In this document: one piece after another, positions 1 to 9,851 of the stretch
Layout of the letters: every line of letters begins with the position of its first letter
Position numbering within the stretch: the first letter of the stretch is position 1
Program-made: the position numbers and the translations under genes
Notes under the pieces: generated by a model
Database searches by the model: none
What the model was told of the DNA's origin: nothing
Seen by the model: only the letters and a program-made list of their open reading frames with translations
From: Candidatus Levyibacteriota bacterium
Lineage (GTDB): Bacteria > Patescibacteriota > Microgenomatia > Levybacterales > UBA12049
DNA length: 64,000 nt
Reading direction: 5' to 3'
Assembly: GCA_016186645.1 (NCBI GenBank)
Contig: JACPLF010000006.1
Location: 124,808-188,807, forward strand

Positions 1-1
1 A

Positions 2-154
2 GGTTTTCGTGAAGGACAGGAAGTAGATCGAGAAGTCAATGGCAGAAATTACAAACCGTTTTTAAATAGATTAAAAGATTTTCAAAGAGTTGCAGAAAAG
101 GCAAGAAAAGAATATTTGGAAAGAATGGCAGTTGCAGGGAAAGAAAGCATCTAA
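2..154 (+). CDS. 3' fragment of an upstream CDS (C-terminal 50 aa, ...RLKDFQRVAEKARKEYLERMAVAGKESI*), function unknown
   Basis: Open frame runs from the window edge to a TAA at 152-154. There is no start codon in the window. No recognisable motif. Confidence 0.3.
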   Translation, partial: GFREGQEVDREVNGRNYKPFLNRLKDFQRVAEKARKEYLERMAVAGKESI

Positions 155-162
155 AACTACAG

Positions 163-189
163 CACTATCTAGTGATGGAGTATTGTAAA
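163..189. repeat. 27-bp repeated motif CACTATCTAGTG(A/T)TGGAGTATTGTAAA, copy 1 (upstream of the GT4 gene)
   Basis: 26/27 identical to 7327-7353. Core CACTA-TC-TAGTG is an inverted repeat. Confidence 0.5.
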
Positions 190-228
190 GTTCCCCTAGT
201 TTCCTTTTTCTTGATATAATTCTTAACA

Positions 229-1338
229 ATGAGAGTGGCGTTGGTTTATGATAGGGTGAATAAGTGGGGAGGGGCGGAGAGAGTTTTGTTGGCGCTTCAT
301 AAGCTGTTTCCCGATGCACCTCTTTATACTTCGGTTTACGACAAGAAAAAAACCCCATGGGCGAGCGTATTTAATGTAAGAACTTCGTTTCTGCAAAGAT
401 TACCATTTGCCATGAACCATGAACTATTTGCTGTCCTAATGCCTTTGGTATTTGAGAGTTTTGATTTTGATGAATATGATTTGGTAATTTCTGTGACATC
501 GGAGGCGGCAAAAGGAATTATTACCAAACCCAAAACAAAACACATTTGTTATTGTCTAACGCCAACGCGTTATCTTTGGAGCGGATATGATGAATATTTC
601 AAGAATCCTGTTTTAAGACTTTTATCAAAACCTGTTGTTTGGTATTTAAAATTTTGGGACAAAATCGCAGCACAACGTCCAGATGCATATATTGCAATTT
701 CAAAAGAAGTGCAGGGGAGGATTAAAAAATATTATGGAAGAGAATCAACTGTCGTGTATCCGCCAGTAGAAGCGTTCAGTTTGTTAGCGTCTAGCGTTCA
801 GTTGGGAAATAAAAAACTAGACGCTGACTTACTAGACGCTGAACGCTCGTATTTTTTAATAGTGTCACGTTTGGTGCCATACAAGAAAATAGATTTGGCG
901 ATAAAAGCTTTTAACGAATTGAAGTTGCCATTGAAAATAATTGGGACGGGTTCGGAAACGGGAAGCCTTAAGAGAATAGCAAAATCAAATATTGAGTTTT
1001 TGGGTAACTTGACGGATAAAGAGCTAGTAGGGTATTATAGAGCCTGTCGCGCTCTGGTTTTTCCAGGCATTGAAGACTTTGGATTAACTATATTGGAAGC
1101 CCAAAGTTTTGGCAAACCTGTCATAGCTTTTAGAGCAGGCGGATCGCTTGAGACAATCATTGAAGGAAAAACCGGAATATTTTTTAATGAGCCAAATATT
1201 GAAAGTTTAACCAAAGCAATAAAGCAATTTAACAATATGAAATTTGATCCAAAAGATTGCATAGAACAGGCCAGTAAGTTTAGTTTTGAAATGTTTAAAA
1301 AACAATTTATGAGTGCTATTAACAATATAGCAATTTAA
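229..1338 (+). CDS. glycosyltransferase, GT-B fold, family 4-like
   Basis: C-terminal GT4 signature FPGIEDFGLTILEAQSFGKPVIAFRAGGSLETIIEGKTGIFF (E-x7-E-like region), 369 aa. Confidence 0.75.
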   Translation: MRVALVYDRVNKWGGAERVLLALHKLFPDAPLYTSVYDKKKTPWASVFNVRTSFLQRLPFAMNHELFAVLMPLVFESFDFDEYDLVISVTSEAAKGIITKPKTKHICYCLTPTRYLWSGYDEYFKNPVLRLLSKPVVWYLKFWDKIAAQRPDAYIAISKEVQGRIKKYYGRESTVVYPPVEAFSLLASSVQLGNKKLDADLLDAERSYFLIVSRLVPYKKIDLAIKAFNELKLPLKIIGTGSETGSLKRIAKSNIEFLGNLTDKELVGYYRACRALVFPGIEDFGLTILEAQSFGKPVIAFRAGGSLETIIEGKTGIFFNEPNIESLTKAIKQFNNMKFDPKDCIEQASKFSFEMFKKQFMSAINNIAI

Positions 1339-1352
1339 CAATATAGCAATTT

Positions 1353-2417
1353 ATGTCTATGAAGATTATTATTTTTGCAGGCGGAGTAGGAACAAGACTT
1401 TGGCCTTTATCTCGAAAAAACAGCCCAAAGCAATTTGAAAAAATATTGGGGGATAAATCTACATTACAACTCGCAGTTGAGCGTCTGCGTCCTGATTTTG
1501 AGTTTTCCGATATTCATATTGCAACTGGTAAAAGATACGAAAAAATAATAAGGGAACAACTTCCTCAAATCCCAGCTGACAATTTTATTTTTGAACCCTC
1601 AGTTAGAGACGTAGGTCCTGCTGTTGGTATGGCGGTATCAATTATCGGAAAAGGTCATCCCAATACACCTGTTGCAATTTTGTGGAGCGACCATTTTGTT
1701 AAGAAAGAAAGACGTTTTCGTGAAGTTTTACATTTCGCGGAAGACCTAGTCAAAAAAAATAACAACTCACTTATTCTAATTGGACAAAGAGCAAGATTTG
1801 CAAATCAGAATTTGGGATGGATAGAATTTGGTGAGGAGACAGCTGAGATTAGAGGGACAAAAATTTTCAAATTCAAGAAATTGATTTACAGACCAACACT
1901 CGAACAGGCAGAGAGTTTTCTAAATCAAAATTTTGCCTGGAATCCGGGATATTTCGTCACAACACCAAAATTTTTATTGTCTCAATTCGAGAAATTTACC
2001 CCGGACTTGTATAGAGGTATTGTAAAAATAAAAGACGATAAGAGCTTGAATAGAATATATCCGACACTTGAAAAAATAAGTTTTGATAATGCAATTTTGG
2101 AAAAAATAGATCCTAAATATGTATCTGTTATTGCCGCAGATTTGGGCTGGAGCGATGTCGGAGCATGGGAAGCATTGAAAGAAGCTTTAGAGAAAGCATC
2201 AACGGAAAATGTTACCAAAGGCAAGGTCCTTATGACTGATGCTACCGACAACTTAGTTTTTAATTATACTGACCAATTGGTGGTAGGTATAGATTTAGGA
2301 AAAATGATTGTAATAAATACAGATGACGTTTTGCTTATCTGCCACAAAAATTCCGTTCCTAAAATAAAAAAACTCGTTGAAAAATTAGAAAATACGCCGC
2401 ACGAACATCTCACGTAA
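1353..2417 (+). CDS. mannose-1-phosphate guanylyltransferase-like sugar-phosphate nucleotidyltransferase
   Basis: N-terminus IIFAGGVGTRLWPLSRKNSPKQF matches the GDP-mannose pyrophosphorylase G-loop consensus. 354 aa. Confidence 0.7.
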   Translation: MSMKIIIFAGGVGTRLWPLSRKNSPKQFEKILGDKSTLQLAVERLRPDFEFSDIHIATGKRYEKIIREQLPQIPADNFIFEPSVRDVGPAVGMAVSIIGKGHPNTPVAILWSDHFVKKERRFREVLHFAEDLVKKNNNSLILIGQRARFANQNLGWIEFGEETAEIRGTKIFKFKKLIYRPTLEQAESFLNQNFAWNPGYFVTTPKFLLSQFEKFTPDLYRGIVKIKDDKSLNRIYPTLEKISFDNAILEKIDPKYVSVIAADLGWSDVGAWEALKEALEKASTENVTKGKVLMTDATDNLVFNYTDQLVVGIDLGKMIVINTDDVLLICHKNSVPKIKKLVEKLENTPHEHLT

Positions 2418-2420
2418 ACT

Positions 2421-3095
2421 ATGTTTGACACAGATGTTACAGAAATAAAAAAAAGCATCTATTTTGCATTCGGCAAGAGGATGATGGATATAATTTTTTC
2501 TATCTTGATGCTTACTTTCTTTGCTCCTTTAATTTTGATAATAGCCATAGCAATAAGACTTGATACCAAAGGTCCAGTCTTGGCAGATACCCCTCGAAGG
2601 GTGGGGAGGAACGGGAAACTTTTCAAAATGTATAAATTCAGATCCATGGTTGAAAATGCGCATGACATTCTGCGGGAAAACCCCAAATATTCAAACTTAT
2701 ATAACGTTTACAAAAAGGGGAGTTATAAGTTAAAAAATGATCCGCGCATTACAACTGTTGGCCGTTTTATTCGTAAGCATTCTCTCGATGAAATTCCCCA
2801 AGCTTTGAATATTTTACGAGGCGAGATGAGCTTGGTTGGTCCTCGTGCTTATTATCCAGATGAGTTGCGCAATCAGCAGAAAAAATATCCTCATACAACT
2901 GATTCTGTTAAGATTGTGCTTTCGGTCAAACCCGGAGTGACCGGCTTCTGGCAGGTTTCAGGACGATCGGAAATAAATTTTGATAAGCGTATTAAAATGG
3001 ATGCATCCTATGTCAGGAAAAGGTCTCTTCTTTATGATCTTTGGATTATCGTAAGGACCCCTTGGGCAATGATTACAGGCCGCGGCGCCCTCTAA
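2421..3095 (+). CDS. polyprenyl-phosphate sugar phosphotransferase (bacterial sugar transferase family, WbaP/PglC-like)
   Basis: TM helix followed by [26 protein letters not shown] and SLVGPRAY motifs typical of PF02397. The real start may be the internal MMD at about 2481. Confidence 0.75.
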   Translation: MFDTDVTEIKKSIYFAFGKRMMDIIFSILMLTFFAPLILIIAIAIRLDTKGPVLADTPRRVGRNGKLFKMYKFRSMVENAHDILRENPKYSNLYNVYKKGSYKLKNDPRITTVGRFIRKHSLDEIPQALNILRGEMSLVGPRAYYPDELRNQQKKYPHTTDSVKIVLSVKPGVTGFWQVSGRSEINFDKRIKMDASYVRKRSLLYDLWIIVRTPWAMITGRGAL

Positions 3096-3101
3096 TCTTT
3101 G

Positions 3102-3130
3102 TTGCTTTTCAGACAGTTTAATGTTATAAT
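3102..3130 (+). promoter_or_regulatory. sigma70-like promoter (TTGCTT-17-TATAAT) positioned for a leaderless start at 3137
   Basis: TTGCTT at 3102-3107, 17-nt spacer, TATAAT at 3125-3130. The ATG at 3137 lies about 7 nt downstream of the -10 element. Confidence 0.35.
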
Positions 3131-3136
3131 ATTTAT

Positions 3137-3379
3137 ATGGATGTGAATAAAAGAGAAAGTGAACAGCCAAAACAAGCTCCAACCGAAGCTTCAAGAGGAT
3201 TTTTGACGCGTTTTTTTGCGAGTGATTTGGCTATAGCCACTGTCGGTTCAGGGACACTTTTACTTTTGACAGGCATAAATTTTGCACGAGGGGACATCGC
3301 GACAGCCCAAGTCGGTAGTTTTGGGTTAGGTCTTATGGCAGTCGCTAAGATTTTGTCAGAAAGACGAAAGCAAGATTAA
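3137..3379 (+). CDS. small hypothetical protein with a hydrophobic segment
   Basis: 80-aa ORF with a near-consensus promoter directly upstream. No known motif. Confidence 0.3.
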   Translation: MDVNKRESEQPKQAPTEASRGFLTRFFASDLAIATVGSGTLLLLTGINFARGDIATAQVGSFGLGLMAVAKILSERRKQD

Positions 3380-3741
3380 TGAACAACCATAATATTTTAT
3401 TAAAAATACTTGAAATAATTGGGTACAGCGACGATAAAGACGCTTTTGTAGATGAGTTTTTGAAAAATGTTCAAATGCAGTCAGTTATTGACTTAATCCA
3501 GTCATTGCCCCAAGATAAACAATCAGAAATTAAAGAAAAACTTGCCCAAATTCAAAATGACCAGAATAAAGCTTCAGATTTACTCAAAGCCTATTTTACA
3601 GAGGAACAAATACAAGAAGCTCTGAAAAATTCTTCAAAAAAAGCAATGGAAGAATATATCAAAGCTATAAACCCAACCCTATCTTCAGCCCAAAAAAATA
3701 ATTTAATTACGTTCTCCCAACAGATCAACCCCTCAGCCTAA
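3379..3741 (+). CDS. hypothetical protein
   Basis: 120-aa ORF, start overlaps the previous stop (translational coupling). No motif recognised. Confidence 0.35.
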   Translation: MNNHNILLKILEIIGYSDDKDAFVDEFLKNVQMQSVIDLIQSLPQDKQSEIKEKLAQIQNDQNKASDLLKAYFTEEQIQEALKNSSKKAMEEYIKAINPTLSSAQKNNLITFSQQINPSA

Positions 3742-3807
3742 ACAAAAAAACTAATTTAGATTAAGTTGGATTTGACAGGACTTAGGTTTTTTGCTTATTA
3801 TTAATAG

Positions 3808-5769
3808 ATGGAAGGATTTAATAAGATTGATTTGCAAACTCCTCCCCAATCTTCAGATCCTATCGTTGTTGATAATAGACCAAAGGCAAAAACAAGAAAA
3901 GCTCTTCCCAAAAAATCACTAATTGTTCTTGGGGTTTTGGGAATTGCAATACTCTTTTTTGGATTAATTCTCCTATCTCCAATACAAAAAGCTTATTCCG
4001 ATGCCAAAGCTACATTTACGCAAGTGAAGATCACGGTAGATGCATTGAAAAAACAAAATATAGATTTGGCATCAACAGAGCTTGATAAGACCAAAGTAAG
4101 CTTGACTGCGACCCAAAAAAGCCTAGACGCAATGGGTTATCTTAAATTCATCCCTATCGCGGGCATGTACTATGGCGACGCACAGCATCTAACCAAAGCC
4201 GGATTTTATGGGCTGTCAGCAGCTAGAGTTCTTATTGATTCCATTGCTCCTTATGCTGATTTATTAGGACTAAAAGGGCAGGGAAGTTTTGTTGGAGGCA
4301 CAGCTTCACAGCGCATAGAAACAGCAGTCAGAACCATGGGTAAAATAACCCCTCATATTGATGATATTGCTAAGCACGTAGAGGGCGCAAGACGCGAAAT
4401 AGATGCTGTTAATTCCAATCATTACTTCTTTTCATCAAAAATTAAAACCCAATTATCACAAGTTCAGCAACTAGTTGACGAAGGGGTTACATTTGTTACT
4501 GATGCAAGACCTCTTATTAAAATCCTGCCTTCCCTTTTGGGGGATCCTAAAGAGAAAAAATACTTGGTACTTTTCCAAAACGACAAAGAACTAAGACCAA
4601 CAGGCGGATTTATAACAGCTTATGCGATTTTTAGAATAGATAAGGGTATTATTCACGTAGATAGATCAGATGATATTTACACCTTGGACAATGGGATTTT
4701 TGGCAAACCCAAGGCGCCGGCCCCCATTCTTAAATACCTTCCAAATGTTACAACTTTGCATTTAAGAGATTCCAATTTGTCTCCGGATTTTATAGCCTCC
4801 ATGGATACGTTTAATGCTCTGTACAAAAACGCAACTGGATATGTCCCTGTGGATGGAATTATTGCTTTGGATACAAATGTTCTGGTCTCAACAATCAAAA
4901 TATTGGATGATGAAGTTTATGCAGGAGGAGTAAGATTTACCAGTAAAACCGACCCTCGCTGTGATTGTCCCCAGGTTATTTATGAGCTTGAACGTCTTGT
5001 TTCAACACCCAAAAGCGTTGATCTAAAAGTAACTACACTTGCAGCTGTTCAGGCCCAAAGAAAAGATCTTATCGGAACGCTTTTATATGCGATTATGGAT
5101 AAGGCTCTTAAATCTTCACCCAAACTATATTGGGGACCTTTATTTCAGGACATGCTTACACAAGTTGAGCAAAAACACATTATGTTCTATATCTACAATA
5201 AAGATGCGCAGTCAGGCGTTGAATCGCTGAATGCAGCGGGCAGAATAATGCCGTTTGAGGGAGACTATTTGCATATCAATCAGGCCAATTTTGGCGGAGC
5301 AAAATCCAATCTATTCGTACAGGAAGCTGTAATTCAAAATTATGAACTGGGCTCGGATGGAATAATAACCAAAAAAATTACAGTGAATTACAAAAATCCG
5401 CATGCTCCATCGGACTGCAATCTGGAACGCGGAAATCTTTGCATAAATGCGGTTTTGAGAGATTGGATAAGGGTATATGCACCAAAAGGAAGTAAATTAG
5501 TTGACAGTAAGGGGTCGGAAGTCAAAATGACGTCTTATGACGAATTAGGCAAAACAGTTTTTGAGGGTTTTCTTACAGTTAGGCCAAAAGGAGCTGCAAC
5601 CTTCTCTGTATCTTATACTTTGCCATTTAAAGTTGAAAAAGGGTCCATCCCTCTTCTTATACAAAAACAGCCGGGAACCGGAGGTAATGAATACACACTT
5701 CAAGTTAGAGGAACCAAGATTGATAGTTTTCCGCTCTTAACAGACAAAGAGTTAAAAATTAAACTCTAA
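3808..5769 (+). CDS. DUF4012-family membrane-anchored protein
   Basis: N-terminal TM segment and the characteristic LFQNDKELRPTGGFITAYAIFRIDKGII motif of DUF4012 proteins found near cell-wall loci. Confidence 0.55.
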   Translation: MEGFNKIDLQTPPQSSDPIVVDNRPKAKTRKALPKKSLIVLGVLGIAILFFGLILLSPIQKAYSDAKATFTQVKITVDALKKQNIDLASTELDKTKVSLTATQKSLDAMGYLKFIPIAGMYYGDAQHLTKAGFYGLSAARVLIDSIAPYADLLGLKGQGSFVGGTASQRIETAVRTMGKITPHIDDIAKHVEGARREIDAVNSNHYFFSSKIKTQLSQVQQLVDEGVTFVTDARPLIKILPSLLGDPKEKKYLVLFQNDKELRPTGGFITAYAIFRIDKGIIHVDRSDDIYTLDNGIFGKPKAPAPILKYLPNVTTLHLRDSNLSPDFIASMDTFNALYKNATGYVPVDGIIALDTNVLVSTIKILDDEVYAGGVRFTSKTDPRCDCPQVIYELERLVSTPKSVDLKVTTLAAVQAQRKDLIGTLLYAIMDKALKSSPKLYWGPLFQDMLTQVEQKHIMFYIYNKDAQSGVESLNAAGRIMPFEGDYLHINQANFGGAKSNLFVQEAVIQNYELGSDGIITKKITVNYKNPHAPSDCNLERGNLCINAVLRDWIRVYAPKGSKLVDSKGSEVKMTSYDELGKTVFEGFLTVRPKGAATFSVSYTLPFKVEKGSIPLLIQKQPGTGGNEYTLQVRGTKIDSFPLLTDKELKIKL

Positions 5770-5792
5770 TTTATACTGAGCTTGCCGAATGT

Positions 5793-6344
5793 ATGAGAAC
5801 TTATAAAATAGAAGGAATTGTTTTGAAGCGGAGAAATCTGGGTGAGGCAGACAGAATATTGACAGTTTTAAGCAGGGAATCTGGAAAGATTTTTATTAAA
5901 GCTCCTGGGGTCAGACGAATTCCAAGCCGCAGATCCTCCCATGTTGAACTGTTAAACCTTTCACAACTAACTCTGTATAAAAGCTCACGAAGCTTTATGC
6001 CGTTAGTGACAGAAGCTCAGACTCTTGAAGACTTTTCTCTTATTAAGTCAAGTCTTCGCAAAATTGGATGTGCTTTTTATATTTGTGAGCTGATAAATGG
6101 TTTGTGTCCGGAGAATCAGGAGAACAAGAGTGTATTTTTTCATCTGAAATCTACTCTTTTGGCGCTTAACGAGACCTCAAACGCTTTTGATCTTGTAAAA
6201 AAGTTTGAAAAAGATCTTTTGAAGGAACTCGGATTTTGGTCAGAGGCAAAACTTCTTAAGACTCAAGACTCGAGAACAGTTATGGAGAGGTTGTTAGAAA
6301 GAAAACTTAAAACTATACGTGTCATGCCGCTTTTCGCCGTTTAA
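5793..6344 (+). CDS. recO: DNA repair protein RecO (short form)
   Basis: N-terminus MRTYKIEGIVLKRRNLGEADRILTVLSRESGKIFIKAPGVRR matches the RecO OB-fold N-terminal consensus. 183 aa. Confidence 0.55.
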   Translation: MRTYKIEGIVLKRRNLGEADRILTVLSRESGKIFIKAPGVRRIPSRRSSHVELLNLSQLTLYKSSRSFMPLVTEAQTLEDFSLIKSSLRKIGCAFYICELINGLCPENQENKSVFFHLKSTLLALNETSNAFDLVKKFEKDLLKELGFWSEAKLLKTQDSRTVMERLLERKLKTIRVMPLFAV

Positions 6345-6750
6345 TCAAAGCTTTAAAAGTTAAAATATCTGCAATTAATAAGACTATAGAATAAAATCCA
6401 TAAATAATAGCGGTTGAAATATTAACGTTTATAAACACAAAAAAGAAAAATAAAACCATTAATGAAAACAAGAACAATCCGATTAGTGAAGATAATTTAG
6501 CTAGAGTTCTCATGTTTGGAAAAATTAATCCCAAAATATTAATCACCCCAATAATCCCAATAACCAAAAGAGTCAAATGGTAAATCTCAAAAGTAACTGG
6601 CCAACTCACTCCAGAAAAAGACCCCATCATTTCCAAATAATGCGGAAACCTAAAAGGCATGAAGTAAGGTTGAGGAAAAATATGTGTTGGGATAATAAGA
6701 ATCGCACCTAAAATAAAAATAAAAAGATAAAGAATTTTTAACTCTTTCAT
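6322..6750 (-). CDS. small polytopic membrane protein, unknown function
   Basis: 142-aa ORF with several hydrophobic helices. Convergent with recO. Confidence 0.4.
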   Translation of the reverse strand: MKELKILYLFIFILGAILIIPTHIFPQPYFMPFRFPHYLEMMGSFSGVSWPVTFEIYHLTLLVIGIIGVINILGLIFPNMRTLAKLSSLIGLFLFSLMVLFFFFVFINVNISTAIIYGFYSIVLLIADILTFKALIKRRKAA

Positions 6751-7326
6751 GCCGCTTTTTCTTGTTAAGAAATAGTATAGAGAGTTTGGATTCCATTGAC
6801 AACTACCTTATAATGTGATATTGTTTGAACGTTATGGTAATGAAGGAAGCATTTTCTCAAGCGGCAAGGCTTCCGGAAAATCAAGATCTAGCAAAACAGC
6901 TCCTAATTAAAGAAGTGGAAAAAGAGTGAAGCCGCTGGCGTAAAAGACCCCGAGCCAAGAGTTGTAATATCTGGAGAAATCCCAGCTAGATCAAAAGTGT
7001 TAATACCCCGAATACCTAGCCTTGAAGAGAGTAATGCTGTTGAAGAAGGCAGAAGATGGCTTGGTCAAGATTGATTTTGGGTTTTTCCTCTGGTAGTGCC
7101 TTCTAAGAAATAAGTTTTTGAATTCCTGGTTTTTTTGGATTTTTCTTCTTGGTTTCCGTTTTTGTTATACGCCTTTTTGATAGGCGGTGTGGGATTAAAT
7201 TGATAATTTTATCCACCCCATGTGATTACAAAGGTACGCTATAGCGTAGTCTTGTAATTATATCGGATGAGTTCTCTATAAGTAATTTAATGCTTCAATT
7301 TCGTCCACATCCAAATATTTCTTCAT

Positions 7327-7353
7327 CACTATCTAGTGTTGGAGTATTGTAAA
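7327..7353. repeat. 27-bp repeated motif, copy 2 (upstream of glyQS)
   Basis: See copy 1. Confidence 0.5.
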
Positions 7354-7460
7354 TAATTAAGTTCACACATTAAAGGTGTAAAGCTAAAAATCTGTTATTG
7401 TAAGGTTTAGAAAAAGAGTCAATTATTTTGTGCTATAATTTAAAAGTGGATACAAATTTA

Positions 7461-8798
7461 ATGGAAAAAATTGTCGCTTTGTGCAAAAGGCGCGGATTTA
7501 TTTATCCGGGATCGGAAATTTATGGGGGAATTACTGGATTTTGGGACTATGGACCGCTCGGAGTTGAATTGAAAAACAATATTAAGCGGGAATGGTGGAA
7601 AAGCATGGTTTATGATAGAGATGACGTGGTGGGAATTGATGCGGCGATCATAATGAACCCCGAAGTTTGGAAATCCTCAGGGCATTTAGAAGCATTTACG
7701 GATCCTCTTAGGGAATGTAAGCTGTGTCATCAACGTTTTCGAGAAGATCATTTCAGGGAATTTTTAAAACATGTACCAAAAGGAGTTGGTAATGTTGCGC
7801 CAAGAAAAGAATTTGTTAGCATTTTTTACTGTAAAGATGGAAAATACCATAAGTGGGAAAATCTTACTGAGCCCAAAGTTTTTAATCTATTAACAGAAGT
7901 ATTTTTAGGTGTAACTGAACCAAAACAAAAAGCATATCTTCGGGGAGAAATTACGCAGGGAGCTTTTGTTAATTTTAAAAACGTTGTTGATTCGACAAGG
8001 ATTAAAATTCCTTTTGGAATCGCACAAATTGGAAAAGCTTTCAGGAACGAAATAACTCCAGGAAATTTTACTTTTAGATCCAGGGAATTTGAGCAGATGG
8101 AGCTTGAGTTTTTTGTTGAGCCAAATGAAAAAGAGGCAGTAAGATGGTTTACTAAATGGAAAGAAGAACGAATGCAATGGTATGTATCGCTTGGAATGAA
8201 TGAAGAAAAGCTTCGGTTTAGAAAACACGGTGATACAGAACTCGCTCATTATGCGAAAGCAGCAGAGGATATTGAGTACGAAGCCTCATTTGGATGGTCG
8301 GAGTTTGAGGGAATACACAATAGGGGAGATTGGGATTTGTCAAAACATAAGCTTACTTATAAGGATGAGGAAACTGGAAAAGAACTTACTCCTTGGGTTA
8401 TTGAAACATCTGGAGGGGTTGACAGATCAACCTTGTTCTTTTTGATAGATTCGTACTTTGAAGATGCAAAACGTGTAGTGCTTAAACTTCATCCAAAACT
8501 TGCGCCTTACAAAGTCGCTGTGTTTCCTTTGTTGGCAAATAAACCTGAATTGGTTGAAAAAGCAAAGGGAATTTATAAAGACTTAAAGAAAAGTTTTGTT
8601 GCTACTTATGACGGACGCGGAAATATAGGAAAGAGATATTTTGCGCAGGATGAAATCGGTACGCCATTCTGTATCACAGTTGATTTTGAAACTTTGGAAA
8701 ACGATACAGTTACAATTCGGATTCGGGATACAATGAAGCAGGAAAGAGTAAAAATTGACAATCTTACTTCTTATATCTTAGAAAAGATTAAAAAATAA
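7461..8798 (+). CDS. glyQS: glycine--tRNA ligase (dimeric class II form)
   Basis: MEKIVALCKRRGFIYPGSEIYGGITGFWDYGPLGVELKNNIKREWW is a canonical GlyRS N-terminus. An extended -10 TGCTATAAT lies at 7431-7439, so the ATG at 7461 is preferred over the track start at 7428. Confidence 0.85.
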   Translation: MEKIVALCKRRGFIYPGSEIYGGITGFWDYGPLGVELKNNIKREWWKSMVYDRDDVVGIDAAIIMNPEVWKSSGHLEAFTDPLRECKLCHQRFREDHFREFLKHVPKGVGNVAPRKEFVSIFYCKDGKYHKWENLTEPKVFNLLTEVFLGVTEPKQKAYLRGEITQGAFVNFKNVVDSTRIKIPFGIAQIGKAFRNEITPGNFTFRSREFEQMELEFFVEPNEKEAVRWFTKWKEERMQWYVSLGMNEEKLRFRKHGDTELAHYAKAAEDIEYEASFGWSEFEGIHNRGDWDLSKHKLTYKDEETGKELTPWVIETSGGVDRSTLFFLIDSYFEDAKRVVLKLHPKLAPYKVAVFPLLANKPELVEKAKGIYKDLKKSFVATYDGRGNIGKRYFAQDEIGTPFCITVDFETLENDTVTIRIRDTMKQERVKIDNLTSYILEKIKK

Positions 8799-8867
8799 TA
8801 TTTTGCCATCTTGACAAAATCCTGACAATTTGTAGAATAAAATTAGCATTACTTAAAATTTATTTAG

Positions 8868-9212
8868 ATGGTAAGATCTGAAGCATTAACAACTCCTCAT
8901 GTTTCTGAAAGTATTCAAACGGCAATTGAGCCCGCGAAACTTAAGACCCAATTAAGAGCAGAGCAAATCTTTGTATCGCCAGATGATATATTGTTGACTG
9001 AATACGGAAGCAGTCTGCAAGCAGTCATTGTGTTTGAGGGAATGCTTGAAAATCCAGGAGAAGGCATTAGCGATGGACGAATCAGAGAAATTAAATCAGA
9101 AATTGAAAAATTATGTCAAGTAAGCGGTATAGACGTATTAGATAAAGATTTAAGATCCCAATTTAAGAACATAGTTACAGCGCGATTAGCAGGTAAAAAC
9201 ACACAAACATAA
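8868..9212 (+). CDS. hypothetical protein
   Basis: 114-aa ORF preceded by TTGACA-16-TAGAAT (8811-8838). Confidence 0.4.
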   Translation: MVRSEALTTPHVSESIQTAIEPAKLKTQLRAEQIFVSPDDILLTEYGSSLQAVIVFEGMLENPGEGISDGRIREIKSEIEKLCQVSGIDVLDKDLRSQFKNIVTARLAGKNTQT

Positions 9213-9252
9213 TCTTGACAAAAGATTTAGTGTTGATACAATTAATTAAGGA

Positions 9253-9708
9253 ATGAAAAATAAAAATTTGATTATATTTTTGATTGTTGGAGCGGTTGTT
9301 TTGGTTGGCGGGGGATTTTTGGTTTTGTCAGGTAATAAAAAAGCAGAGCCTGTGGTTGACCAAGCTCCGCTTGAGGATCAAATTTCTATAATCAAACCGG
9401 AAGACATAGGATTGACCCTAACAGCATCAAGTGACAACAGAAAAGTAATACTGGAAGTTAAAAAAACAGAGGGACTAGCAGGTCTTGATTATGAATTATC
9501 TTACACTTCAAAAGGAGATATTCCGCGAGGAGTAATAGGACATATAGATGTGAGGCAGCCAGGGCAATTGGTAAAGCAGGAAATAACTTTAGGCACATGT
9601 TCTGATGTTTGCCATTACGATGAGGATGTTTCAGACATAAAAGTTATTCTAAAAGTTGCGAAAGCGGACGGAACTGTCTCTCAGGTCGAAAAATCCCTCG
9701 AACTTTAA
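9253..9708 (+). CDS. hypothetical membrane-anchored/secreted protein
   Basis: N-terminal hydrophobic helix (LIIFLIVGAVVLVGGGFLVL). Promoter TTGACA-16-TACAAT at 9215-9242. Confidence 0.4.
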   Translation: MKNKNLIIFLIVGAVVLVGGGFLVLSGNKKAEPVVDQAPLEDQISIIKPEDIGLTLTASSDNRKVILEVKKTEGLAGLDYELSYTSKGDIPRGVIGHIDVRQPGQLVKQEITLGTCSDVCHYDEDVSDIKVILKVAKADGTVSQVEKSLEL

Positions 9709-9797
9709 CGTTTAATATCTAAATCCAAGTTTCAATAACTACATCTTGCGTATTCTACTTTGCAGAACACTATTTTATCGTTTTAGTATCTTGACAA

Positions 9798-9851
9798 GTG
9801 GGAAAAAGTGGCTCAAAATGATAATAAGTGGGACAAAGTGGGAAAAGGTGG
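9798..9851 (+). promoter_or_regulatory. putative MraZ operator array: five (A)AGTGG(G) repeats on a 10-bp period overlapping the mraZ promoter
   Basis: GTGGG/GTGGC/GGTGG at 9798, 9808, 9828, 9838 and 9848, with TTGACA at 9791-9796. MraZ is known to bind direct TGGG-type repeats upstream of its own gene. Confidence 0.5.

Noticed and set aside
6751-7427. T-box riboswitch, tmRNA, RNase P RNA or SRP RNA in the long non-coding region upstream of glyQS
   Set aside because: No AGGGTGGNACCGCG T-box core. The nearest match, GGGTGGAT on the minus strand, lacks ACCGCG. There is no GGAAAGTCCGG (RNase P), no AGGTCCGGAAGGAAGCAGC (SRP) and no tag-peptide-like ORF ending ...LAA. It cannot be assigned to a known RNA family by eye.
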